From an uncultured Candidatus Saccharibacteria bacterium (GTDB lineage: Bacteria; Patescibacteriota; Saccharimonadia; Saccharimonadales; Saccharimonadaceae): 64,000 nt of DNA. Both the position numbers and the translations under genes were made by a program. The stretch spans positions 52,520 to 116,519 of the forward strand of contig CAURPR010000001.1 of the NCBI GenBank assembly GCA_963527295.1, given 5' to 3'. Below are positions 37,200-46,375 of this stretch, one piece after another (the first letter of the stretch is position 1; each line of letters opens with the position of its first letter). The notes under the pieces were generated by a model. That model saw nothing but the letters and a program-made list of their open reading frames with translations. It was not told where the DNA came from and did no database searches.

Positions 37200-38117
37200 A
37201 TGATGAGTATTAAAGAACATCCACCACAGCCGGGTTTGTCGAACGACGCTCCGGTTCATGTTCCCGTACTCTTAGAGGAGACCGTGCGTGCGCTCGCCCC
37301 TCGCCGGGGTGAAGCGTACCTTGATTTGACTGCTGGATATGGCGGTCATGCGCGGGAGATTCTCAAGAGGACAGACAACTATTTGAACGCTGTATTGGTC
37401 GATCGCGATAGTAACGCGATTCGAACATTAGGCGATTTGACAGAACAAGGTGTCAGATTGATGCATCAAGATTTTGCGTCAGCGGCACGTGATTTGGTCA
37501 AGCTTGGGCGAAAATTTGACGTGATTTTGGCTGATTTGGGGGTGTCGTCACCGCAGCTTGACAGAGCAGAGAGGGGTTTTTCATTTCGTTTTGACGGTCC
37601 ATTGGATATGAGGATGGACGATACGACGGAGATGACGGCGGCTGATATCATCAATCATGCTTCAGTGGATGAATTGGTTCGGCTGATAACCCTGTACGGC
37701 GAGGAAACTCGTTCGCGCGCTATGCATATTGCGAAAGCGATGGTAGCGCATCGTCCGATGACGCGAACGTCTGAGCTAGCTGAGCTGATTGAGCGGACTG
37801 TTGGTCGCGGTGGCCTAAAAAGACATCCAGCGACTCGCACTTTTCAAGCCCTCAGAATTGAAGTTAACCAAGAACTTCAGCAGGTGAGAGATGTATTGCC
37901 ATTATTGCCTCAGCTGCTCAATCCAGGCGGCCGTGTCGGCATCATTAGCTTTCACAGTCTGGAAGATCGATTGGTCAAACATTTTTTCAAGGAACAATCA
38001 GAAGCGGGGTATGAGGCCGAGCTGATGATTCCTGATAAAAAAGTAATTCTAGGGACTGCAGATGTTCACAATCCGCGCAGTCGAAGTGCTAAACTTCGCT
38101 GGGCTGTAAAAACATAA
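37200..38117 (+). CDS. rsmH: 16S rRNA (cytosine1402-N4)-methyltransferase
   Basis: HVPVLLEE, DLTAGYGGH, DLGVSSPQLD, SFHSLEDR. Canonical RsmH/MraW. Confidence 0.95.
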   Translation: MMSIKEHPPQPGLSNDAPVHVPVLLEETVRALAPRRGEAYLDLTAGYGGHAREILKRTDNYLNAVLVDRDSNAIRTLGDLTEQGVRLMHQDFASAARDLVKLGRKFDVILADLGVSSPQLDRAERGFSFRFDGPLDMRMDDTTEMTAADIINHASVDELVRLITLYGEETRSRAMHIAKAMVAHRPMTRTSELAELIERTVGRGGLKRHPATRTFQALRIEVNQELQQVRDVLPLLPQLLNPGGRVGIISFHSLEDRLVKHFFKEQSEAGYEAELMIPDKKVILGTADVHNPRSRSAKLRWAVKT

Positions 38118-38354
38118 CACAAAAAGGAGGCAATTATGCCAGTACACATCAAAGTTCAGTTCCAAGACGCAGACCACTCCGAGAGTGTTGCTGTTCGCCG
38201 CGGCTAATCAGTCGTTCGTAGAATAGCTGACGCACTATCCGGACAGTGTATCAGTCGATGATCTGGTCCGTCCTTAGGTTTTGAGACGGGCCAGGTTATC
38301 TTGGAATGTCACAATTTTAGAGAAATTATATACCAACATAACATAGAAAACAGA

Positions 38355-38699
38355 ATGTACGCACGATCCACCACTTTCACACCTCGACGGCAGCAACAGA
38401 TGCGCCGCAATCAAAATGCAACTCGTTTTCGGTCTAATGTCAAACTCGGCCCAGTGGCTCATACAGTACTGGTCGCGCTGATGGTTGCTGTGCTTGGCTT
38501 GATTTACTTGACGCAGGCGACTAAAACGTCCGCGTACAGTAGAGAGTCTCAGGGCTTGGATAAACAGATTAGTGAACTCCATGCTAAAAAATCTGAACTT
38601 GAAGTGCAAAATGCTCGATTGACGGCTCTTGATAAAGTGAAAAATAGCAACGTGGCATCAGCCATGAGCAAGCCGTCACAAACTGATTACGCTAATTAG
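38355..38699 (+). CDS. FtsL-like bitopic cell-division protein (positional call)
   Basis: Basic N-terminus, one TM helix (HTVLVALMVAVLGLIYL), then a coiled coil (ISELHAKKSELEVQNARL). It sits between rsmH and ftsI. The start is uncertain (TTG 38301 or ATG 38355). Confidence 0.5.
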   Translation: MYARSTTFTPRRQQQMRRNQNATRFRSNVKLGPVAHTVLVALMVAVLGLIYLTQATKTSAYSRESQGLDKQISELHAKKSELEVQNARLTALDKVKNSNVASAMSKPSQTDYAN

Positions 38700-38727
38700 A
38701 TAAAAGTGGTATAATTTAAGAAGCACT

Positions 38728-40473
38728 ATGAAGGGGCGACTTGCGCAATCACGAACGAGTCTACTCGCCATTATTCTGCTGGGGATAATGGCAGTTTTTG
38801 TGTTGAGACTATTTCAATTGCAGGTGCTGCAGCACGGCAAATACGTTGAACTAGCAGCGCGCAATCAGCAGCGCACGTTGGTGATTCCGGCCACGCGGGG
38901 CGAAATTTACATGATGGACGGCAAGACGCCGGCTCCGGTGGTGCTGAACCGTATGATATTTAATGTGGTGGCTGATCCACAAACCGTCTCTGACGGTCAG
39001 CGCCATGAGATCATTCAAGCGCTGCGTCAGACAGCTGGCGATAAGCTCATGGAGAATGCTGAGGGACGACTTGCTAACAAAAAATCGCGCTATGAGGTTT
39101 TAGCTCGGGGTTTGACGCTAGACCAGGCTGAGCAGATGAAAAAGAAGGATTTTTCAGGCGTATTGTACCAGCTCAATTCGGTTCGGAATTATCCAGAAGG
39201 GGCTTTAGGCGCGCAGGTACTGGGCTTTGTAAATGCGAATGGTGAAGGTCAGTATGGCGTAGAGGGCGCGTTGGACAAGCGACTCAAAGGTAGTGATGGG
39301 CTGCTACGAGCAGTGACTGACGTGCGGAATGTGCCGCTGATGATAGGTAAGAATGACGTGAATATTGAGGCAAAGGCGGGTGAGGATTTGGTGTTGTCAA
39401 TTGACCGCAATGTTCAGAGTTATGCCGAAGAAGCCCTCAAACGCGGCCTGCAAAAAGCTGGCGGTACCGAGGGTAGCGTAGTGGTGATGAATCCAAACAA
39501 TGGCCGAGTGCTGGCTATGGCAAATTATCCAACGTTCAATCCTGCCGAGTATAACAAGGTTCAAAATGCTGCTGCGTTCATCAACGCCGCGACCATGACG
39601 CCGCAAGAACCGGGGTCAATCATGAAATCATTTACCATGGCGATGGGAATTGACAAGGGTGCGATTACGCCAAATACCACCTACCAGAACACTGATTGTA
39701 CCCAAGTTGGCGACCGTAAGATTTGTAATGCAGTGCGCGGTTTGACCGGTACAACCACCATGCAGCAAGCACTAAACAACTCGCACAACGTTGGAACAGT
39801 GACGGTTGGGCGAAAATTAGGTGACGGTTCGTATATCAATAACGCCGCACGACAGACGATTTATCAGTACTTTCATGATAAATATGGTTTTGGTGAGAAA
39901 ACAGGAATTGAGCTGTCAGAGGCGCAAGGGTTGATCACTAGTCCGACTGAACAAGAGGGAAATGAAGTTCGGTACGCAAACATGACGTTCGGTCAGGGAA
40001 TAAATTTGACACCAATTCAAGTTACCTCGGCGTTTTGCTCAATCATCAACGGAGGAGTGTACTACCGTCCAACGGTCGTCGCTGGGGTGAAAAAGGGCGA
40101 TGCTGTCGAGTGGTCAAAACCGCAGCCACTGCGTCATACTGTGAGTGCGGAGACGTCTACTCAGATGCGCACGATGCTAGATACGGCGCGTCATTCGTTC
40201 TATGTCGGCAAAGATGACAAGCCGGGCTATCTGATCGGTGGTAAAACGGGTACGGTGGAGTTGTTGGTGAATGGTGCATATAGCATGAAAGAAACGGCTG
40301 GTACCTATGTTGGTTTTGGTGGCACAGATAAGCCGGAATATGTCATAATGATAAGGGTATCGGCACCAAATAAACATGTTGCACTTGAAGGTAGTGTGCA
40401 TGCATCGCCAATTTTTACTGATATTTCGAACTGGATGATTGAGTATTTGAAATTATCACCGAGGAGATCCTAA
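38728..40473 (+). CDS. ftsI: Class B penicillin-binding protein / peptidoglycan transpeptidase
   Basis: N-terminal TM helix, then SxxK (GSIMKSF), SxN (NSHNVG) and KTG (GGKTGTVE). Confidence 0.92.
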   Translation: MKGRLAQSRTSLLAIILLGIMAVFVLRLFQLQVLQHGKYVELAARNQQRTLVIPATRGEIYMMDGKTPAPVVLNRMIFNVVADPQTVSDGQRHEIIQALRQTAGDKLMENAEGRLANKKSRYEVLARGLTLDQAEQMKKKDFSGVLYQLNSVRNYPEGALGAQVLGFVNANGEGQYGVEGALDKRLKGSDGLLRAVTDVRNVPLMIGKNDVNIEAKAGEDLVLSIDRNVQSYAEEALKRGLQKAGGTEGSVVVMNPNNGRVLAMANYPTFNPAEYNKVQNAAAFINAATMTPQEPGSIMKSFTMAMGIDKGAITPNTTYQNTDCTQVGDRKICNAVRGLTGTTTMQQALNNSHNVGTVTVGRKLGDGSYINNAARQTIYQYFHDKYGFGEKTGIELSEAQGLITSPTEQEGNEVRYANMTFGQGINLTPIQVTSAFCSIINGGVYYRPTVVAGVKKGDAVEWSKPQPLRHTVSAETSTQMRTMLDTARHSFYVGKDDKPGYLIGGKTGTVELLVNGAYSMKETAGTYVGFGGTDKPEYVIMIRVSAPNKHVALEGSVHASPIFTDISNWMIEYLKLSPRRS

Positions 40474-41511
40474 ATGAAAAGCTATATACAAACGGTAACA
40501 AACGAAATGACATATATCTTCGTGTTGAGTCTAGCAGCGTTCCTACTGGCAATGTTTTTGACGCCAATTTATACGTTCTTTGCTTATAGATATCAGTTCT
40601 GGAAACGACAACGCACTTCTGCGGTGACTGGCGAGAAGCTGCAGGTGTTTGATAAACTTCACGAGGAGAAATTGCGTCGCCATATCCCTACGATGGCCGG
40701 CATCATTGGTGTAGTTTCCATCGTCTTGATCACGCTGTTATTTAACCTGGACCGCCGGCAAACATGGTTGCCGTTGGCAGCTTTTGTTGGTGGCGCGGCT
40801 GTGGGATTGATCGATGATTATTTGAACATCTTTGGTAGTAATAAAAAAGACGCTGGCATGCGGGCGCCAGTTAAGTTTGCGCTGATTACGCTGATTGGTT
40901 TGGTGCTTGGGTGGTTCTTCTTTGCTAAATTGGGCGTTAGTAGCTTCCACGTACCGTTTTATGGCGATCTATCAGTTGGTTGGCTGATCATACCATTGTT
41001 TGCGTTTGCGGTCGTCGCGACGGGTAATGCGGTTAATATTTCAGATGGTTTGGATGGTCTGGCGGGCGGGCTGTTGGCTATCAGTTTTGTGATGTTTGGC
41101 GTGATTGCGCTGCTACAGGGAAACTTCTTGCTGGCTGGTTTCTGTTTTACGGTGGTTGGCGCATTGCTCAGCTATCTGTGGTTCAATATCTATCCAGCGA
41201 GGTTCTTTATGGGCGATGTAGGTGCTTTTGCCTATGGAGCAAGCTTGGGCGTGGTGGCGATGCTAACAAACTCGTTATTGCTTCTACCGATCATCGGTTT
41301 GTTATTTGTTGTCGAAGCAGGTTCTAGTGCGTTACAAATTGCCAGCAAGCGATTGTTTGGCCGAAAAATCTTCAAATCTGCACCAATTCACCATCACTTG
41401 GAGGCCAGTGGTTGGCCGGAGACCAAGATTACCATGCGTTTTTGGGTAATTGGCTGCGTGATGGCATTTATCGGTTTTCTCGTAGCCTTGGCAGGAGGGA
41501 ATATTGCGTAA
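40474..41511 (+). CDS. mraY: Phospho-N-acetylmuramoyl-pentapeptide transferase
   Basis: NAVNISDGLDGLAGG, FMGDVGAF, APIHHHLE. Confidence 0.96.
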   Translation: MKSYIQTVTNEMTYIFVLSLAAFLLAMFLTPIYTFFAYRYQFWKRQRTSAVTGEKLQVFDKLHEEKLRRHIPTMAGIIGVVSIVLITLLFNLDRRQTWLPLAAFVGGAAVGLIDDYLNIFGSNKKDAGMRAPVKFALITLIGLVLGWFFFAKLGVSSFHVPFYGDLSVGWLIIPLFAFAVVATGNAVNISDGLDGLAGGLLAISFVMFGVIALLQGNFLLAGFCFTVVGALLSYLWFNIYPARFFMGDVGAFAYGASLGVVAMLTNSLLLLPIIGLLFVVEAGSSALQIASKRLFGRKIFKSAPIHHHLEASGWPETKITMRFWVIGCVMAFIGFLVALAGGNIA

Positions 41512-42790
41512 TACTATGCCTAGTGTGCCAGCTGGGACGATTCGTAAGCATCGGCCGGTTTATCAGGTGGCGTTATATGTCAGCCTGTTGTTGCTGTTGG
41601 GTTTGGTGGTGATGTATGCGCTGGGACCGCAGCGTGCTAATGTTATGAATTTTGCGTACGGCACGAACTACAGCGATATGTTTTTCTTTAACAAGCAGCT
41701 TATCTCTGTTGTGATTTCCTTTGCAGCGTTTGCTGCGTGTGCTATTATTCCATATAAAATTTTCACTGAAAAATATGCAAATTGGCTATTTGTCGGTGGC
41801 TTGTTTTTCTGTTTTTTGCTGGTGGCGTTGGGTATGCTGGGTGTTTCGTTTGCACAGGAAACCAATGGTGCGTACCGCTGGTTTTACCTCGGCGGGCTGG
41901 GAAGTTTTCAGCCGGCTGAATTGTTAAAATTTGGTATCTTAGTGTTTATCGCTGGATTTTTGGGTAAACGTATGCGACAAGGCAAAATCAACGACGTGGA
42001 GGAGACGCTCATCCCGCTCGGTATTGCAGCAGCGATAGCCATGTTTATCGTGGTAGTGCTACAAAAGGACCTGGGAACTGGATTGGCGTTGGTCGCCATC
42101 GTCTTGTCTATGTTGGTGGTCTCAGGTATGCGGTCAGATATTCTCTGGAAAATAGTGGGCGTTCTGTTGGCGGCGGGCGTCATGCTCATCCTCATCGCGC
42201 CGCACCGCTTGGAGCGCGTCATGACGTTCTTTCAGGGTGATCACTCGAACACGTCGTCTATGGATAGCAGTAGCAACACCTATCACGTGCAGCAGGCACG
42301 CATCGCTATCGGTTCTGGTGGTATCTTAGGGCTGGGTATCGGGAAGAGTGTGCAGGTGTCAGGCTATTTGCCCGAAGCCATCAACGACTCGATCTTTGCC
42401 ATCATGGGTGAGACATTTGGTTTTGTTGGACTGCTGATCATTTTGGGGCTATTTACCGCCTTGCTGCTTGGTATTGTGCATATTGCTGCACGACTGCCTG
42501 ACCCTAGACTTCGATTAGTGGCAGCTGGTGTGTTTGGTTGGGTTGCTTCTCACGTGATATTGAATGTGGCAGCTATGACGGGGGTGGCACCATTGACTGG
42601 TATCCCATTGCCGCTACTGAGTTATGGTGGAACCAGCATGCTGTTCATCGCTGCGGCCCTTGGATTAGTTTTTCAGCTGTCTTGCTACACATCACACAAG
42701 CCATTAACAGAAGGGAAGGATAGCCATGCGGATCTTAGCGGTCGGCGGCGGTTCGGGCGGACACGTTACGCCCGTGGTCGCCGTGTTTAA
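41504..42790 (+). CDS. ftsW: SEDS-family peptidoglycan glycosyltransferase FtsW/RodA
   Basis: Ten-TM protein with FQPAELLKF, DLGTGL, LPEAINDSIFAI and PLPLLSYGGTSM. TTG 41504 lies 5 nt after GGAGG; ATG 41516 is an alternative. Confidence 0.9.
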   Translation: MRNTMPSVPAGTIRKHRPVYQVALYVSLLLLLGLVVMYALGPQRANVMNFAYGTNYSDMFFFNKQLISVVISFAAFAACAIIPYKIFTEKYANWLFVGGLFFCFLLVALGMLGVSFAQETNGAYRWFYLGGLGSFQPAELLKFGILVFIAGFLGKRMRQGKINDVEETLIPLGIAAAIAMFIVVVLQKDLGTGLALVAIVLSMLVVSGMRSDILWKIVGVLLAAGVMLILIAPHRLERVMTFFQGDHSNTSSMDSSSNTYHVQQARIAIGSGGILGLGIGKSVQVSGYLPEAINDSIFAIMGETFGFVGLLIILGLFTALLLGIVHIAARLPDPRLRLVAAGVFGWVASHVILNVAAMTGVAPLTGIPLPLLSYGGTSMLFIAAALGLVFQLSCYTSHKPLTEGKDSHADLSGRRRFGRTRYARGRRV

Positions 42791-43889
42791 GGAATTGAAG
42801 GATAGGGGAGAGCACGAGTTACGATTTTGGTGTGACCGTAAATTTGGACCAACGGCAAAGAAAGTGGTTGCAGAATCCGGCTATGATATTCCAGTTTCAT
42901 TCATCACCGCCGGTAAATTGCGTCGCTATCACGGTGAGAGTAAATTGCAGCATTTAGCGCCCTCAATCCTATTTCCTAACTTATACGACTTGTGCAAGGT
43001 TATTATTGGTTTTGTGCAGAGCTTTTGCAAGCTGCTGATGTGGCGCCCTGACGTCATCTTCATCAAAGGTGGTTATGTTTGTCTGCCAGTTGGTTATGCT
43101 GCGCGATTACTGAGAATCCCATTGGTATTGCATGACTCTGACGCTCATCCAGGGTTGACTAACAGGCTGCTGTCGCCCTTTGCTAAGCGCATTGGTACGG
43201 GCGCACCGCTCGAGTATTATCGCTATTCTTATCAGATAGCAACATATGTTGGGGTACCAATTTCAGATAAGTTCCGGCCGTATACTGACGCGGAAAAGCG
43301 GGAAATTAAGACGCAGTTGGGCTTTGATCCATCACGACCGTTAGTTGTCGTTACTGGTGGTGGCTTGGGTGCTGTGCGCATCAACAACGCTGTGGCGAAG
43401 AATCGTGATAGGCTTCTGGAGGCCGCCTCGGTATTTTTGATATCTGGACAACATCAATACAACGAGCTGAGCAAAATTTTGGACCATCGTGATGGTTGGC
43501 GTTTGGAATCGTTTTTGCACGGACCACAAATGGCGCAGGCATTAGCGGCTGCGGATGTGGTCGTCGCGCGAGCTGGGGCAACAACACTGTTAGAGTTGGC
43601 AGCGCTGGGCATGCCAACGGTCATCATCCCAAATGGTAGGCTGACGGCTGGCCACCAACTAAAGAATGCTAAGGTCTATCAAGACGCCCTGGCTGCGGTG
43701 ATTGTGAACGAAGACCAGCTAGACAAAAACCCTGACCTACTAGGCGATACGCTGATTAAGCTGCTCAAATCGCCAAAGATTCGTCATGATTTGGGTAATA
43801 ATTTCCTCAAATTTGCTAAACCGCATGCTGCTGGTGATATGGCTGAAATGATCCTGGAAGCTGCTGATAAACAGGGGAGGCGACAGTAG
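42726..43889 (+). CDS. murG: UDP-GlcNAc--lipid I N-acetylglucosamine transferase
   Basis: GGGSGGHVTP G-loop, ARAGATTLLELAALGMP, HQLKNA. Confidence 0.93.
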   Translation: MRILAVGGGSGGHVTPVVAVFKELKDRGEHELRFWCDRKFGPTAKKVVAESGYDIPVSFITAGKLRRYHGESKLQHLAPSILFPNLYDLCKVIIGFVQSFCKLLMWRPDVIFIKGGYVCLPVGYAARLLRIPLVLHDSDAHPGLTNRLLSPFAKRIGTGAPLEYYRYSYQIATYVGVPISDKFRPYTDAEKREIKTQLGFDPSRPLVVVTGGGLGAVRINNAVAKNRDRLLEAASVFLISGQHQYNELSKILDHRDGWRLESFLHGPQMAQALAAADVVVARAGATTLLELAALGMPTVIIPNGRLTAGHQLKNAKVYQDALAAVIVNEDQLDKNPDLLGDTLIKLLKSPKIRHDLGNNFLKFAKPHAAGDMAEMILEAADKQGRRQ

Positions 43890-44792
43890 ATGTCACTGCT
43901 TGGCAGGAAAAAAGCAAAACAGCGATCACCGGCCAACAATGGCCCGCGTCGAATGCGTGATGATATTATCAAAGAATCGTCCGCCTTCCAGCTCAACCGT
44001 ACCATCAGTAGCTTTCGAAAGCAGCAAGATGAAGTCTCTGAGCGAACTATCCACCATAAACGCCAGGATCTACAAAAAGCTTTCATGCAGCGGATAGGTA
44101 TGATATTAGCTATTTTGGTGGTGTTGATTCTATTGTCTTTCCAGCTGTCGCTATCAATCTCCATACAAACGCCTGATACAGCCAGTGGTCAGCAAGCTGC
44201 CACCTATAAGAAGGTCTTAACTGATTATTATGCTTCACGCCCTGCTGAGCGATTCAAGCCATTCCTTAACCAGGACGCATTGCATCAATACTTCCTTTCT
44301 CACGCGCCAGAGGTCAAAACCGTGCGCATAGAGACATTTGGCGCTGGTATGGCGACCGCTAAACTCACGTTTCGCCAGCCGCTTGCGCAGTGGTCTTCTG
44401 GTGAAAAGACATATTTTGTTGATGAATCGGGCGTAACGTTTGAACGTAATTATTTTGCACCACCAAAGCTGACTGTTAAAGACCAAAGTGGTGCACCGCT
44501 TTCTGGTGGGCAAGAGGTGGTCAATCAACGTTTTTTGAGCTTTTTGGGGCAGGCTGTTTCGCAATTTACCAAGAACAAGCTATCCGTTTCAGAGATTGTC
44601 TTGCCGCAAGATACCGTTCGTCAAGTGCTGTTCTTGATTGAGGGTAAGGGCTATGCAGTCAAGATGACCGTCGACAGGGCAGCAGTGGCACAAGTTGAGC
44701 AAGCCATTAAAGCTATGCGCTTCATCGACGAGAGGCGACTGCGACCAGAGTATCTCGACGTGCGGGTAGACCAACGAGTATTTTATAAATAG
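43890..44792 (+). CDS. ftsQ: FtsQ-type cell-division protein (POTRA-like)
   Basis: Basic N-terminus, single TM helix (IGMILAILVVLILLSF), and an extracytoplasmic domain of FtsQ/DivIB size. Last gene of the dcw cluster. Confidence 0.65.
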   Translation: MSLLGRKKAKQRSPANNGPRRMRDDIIKESSAFQLNRTISSFRKQQDEVSERTIHHKRQDLQKAFMQRIGMILAILVVLILLSFQLSLSISIQTPDTASGQQAATYKKVLTDYYASRPAERFKPFLNQDALHQYFLSHAPEVKTVRIETFGAGMATAKLTFRQPLAQWSSGEKTYFVDESGVTFERNYFAPPKLTVKDQSGAPLSGGQEVVNQRFLSFLGQAVSQFTKNKLSVSEIVLPQDTVRQVLFLIEGKGYAVKMTVDRAAVAQVEQAIKAMRFIDERRLRPEYLDVRVDQRVFYK

Positions 44793-44837
44793 GGGATATA
44801 GGTTAGTGAAGTGGGGTATCACCCAACCTGACGTTTT

Positions 44838-45538
44838 GTTCTCTTTTTGTTCTAAAATGAGAATAGTAAAATATATATTACAATATGCAAAAACCAAAAA
44901 GTCAAATATAGGCGGTCCGCAAAAAAACAGAGCGGGGGAATAAAAAAGAAAAAAGTCAAATACAGGTCGATCATCCAAGATGTTGCAATGTGGAAAACTT
45001 ATCACGGCATAATGTAGTAAATACTACGTGGTCTTTCAGGAGCCATATAAGCGTGTGGGTATATACTTATATTTCAAGACACAGTGTATGATGAGTAATG
45101 ATAAGAGCAAAAGTTACAATTTGTTCGCGCAGTAGAAGATGGTAGACTCCAAAGCCCCTGCTTAGTTAGCTGGATATATCCTTATGTGGCTATATGTGCC
45201 GCACTCATTATCATACATGGTTATCTCCTATACAGTTCGTAAAACATACATTGTGCGACATTAAGAATATTTCTCTTTTATGAATACACACTCATTGATT
45301 TTGATATGTTACAATTGGATTTTAGTTGCCTGTGGCGTTTGGTCGGTTAAAAATTACTTAGCTTGCCCTTTGCCATATGTCTGTCGATCATTTTGTCTAT
45401 ATCGTGAATTTCTAGCTTCTGGATCTTGAGCCTTGAGGCTCCTTGTTTACCGAACCATAGCAATATACCAAGATGTTATGGCTGTGTGCTGGCGTATGGT
45501 ATATGCTAATATTTTTAGTTCCCTTTTTGTTCTATAAT
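44838..45538 (+). repeat. Pair of 21-bp imperfect direct repeats bracketing an ORF-free AT-rich segment
   Basis: GTTCTCTTTTTGTTCTAAAAT (44838-44858) vs GTTCCCTTTTTGTTCTATAAT (45518-45538), 19/21 identical. Also AAAAAGTCAAATAYAGG at 44896 and 44950. Confidence 0.7.
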
Positions 45539-45667
45539 CCTTTAGTGATCAACGCATGTGAGGTTTGACGGAAGGCGAGGTTGGTGCCGTGTCAGCTGGG
45601 CAGGGATCACTTCTCTGCCGCCTTAGATACGGTTGCTGTTTTTGCTGGATGATATTATCATAGGGAT

Positions 45668-46123
45668 ATGAGAGTTATTTCACCTGACAATAGGGGTTTG
45701 CACGAGATAGTACCGTCGGTAGATTTGTTTTTAGCGGGAGGTATTACCAATTGCCCAGACTGGCAAGCGGAGGCGCTAGTCCTATTGGGCAATCAAGATA
45801 TAGCAGTGGCCAATCCACGTCGTAAGAGAGCGCTGGCTTTTCAAGGCAAAGGGGCGACGCACCAGATAGAGTGGGAGTATGAATACCTCAGGCGGGCGCA
45901 AGTGGTGTTGTTTTGGTTTCCAAAGGAATCCCTCTGCCCTATCGCGCTGTTTGAGCTGGGTAAGGAACTTGAGAGCGGATCGCGTGTGGTGATTGGTGTG
46001 CATCCAGAGTATTCGAGACGATTTGATATCATTACACAGGTGCGCTGTTATGACCCTGATTTTCCAATATATAGTGAACTTGCTGATGTGGTGGTAGCGG
46101 CTGTACGTGCGCTTAGAGCCTGA
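45668..46123 (+). CDS. Nucleoside 2-deoxyribosyltransferase-like (Nuc_deoxyri_tr2-type) protein
   Basis: LFLAGGITNCPDWQ ... VANPRR ... QIEWEYEYLRRAQVVLFWFPKESLCPIALFELGKEL ... VVIGVHPEY matches my recollection of the family pattern (iFLAG..., NPRR, WE...l..aD.il.wf...s.iSLlELG). Confidence 0.65.
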   Translation: MRVISPDNRGLHEIVPSVDLFLAGGITNCPDWQAEALVLLGNQDIAVANPRRKRALAFQGKGATHQIEWEYEYLRRAQVVLFWFPKESLCPIALFELGKELESGSRVVIGVHPEYSRRFDIITQVRCYDPDFPIYSELADVVVAAVRALRA

Positions 46124-46339
46124 GCTGGAGGTAGTATATTTAAGACACTCTGCTCTCTGTTAAGATTTCTAGGTCAGTTTCGATAATTTGAGCGTTGACA
46201 GCTTGATATATATCCTTGGTCGTCTGTTGTTTGCTATACTATCATTAGGATTCGTGGACTGTAATTGCCCCGTCTCGGACGTATCATCAAGCCTCGACAT
46301 ATTATATGCAGGATTGGTGCGGCCAGATGACGAATCGTT

Positions 46340-46375
46340 AAAGTAGGTAACCACGTTCAGTGTGTTGCCTACTTT
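46340..46375 (-). terminator. Hairpin immediately downstream of the CRISPR array (possible pre-crRNA terminator)
   Basis: AAAGTAGGTAAC (46340-46351) / GTTGCCTACTTT (46364-46375), 11/12 bp with a 12-nt loop. No long U tract. Confidence 0.35.

Noticed and set aside
45539-45667. Possible riboswitch in the GC-rich 5' region of the NDT-like gene (purine/2'-dG, ZTP, preQ1 considered)
   Set aside because: I could not match any conserved riboswitch core by eye. Only generic stem potential is visible. It is left as a note inside the NDT-like finding.
44793-45667. Checked the ORF-free region for RNase P RNA, tmRNA, SRP RNA and 6S RNA hallmarks
   Set aside because: None of the hallmarks is present: the GGAAAGUCCGGGC-type P4 motif, a tRNA-like GGUUCGAAUCC end, or an SRP domain IV GGAA tetraloop motif.
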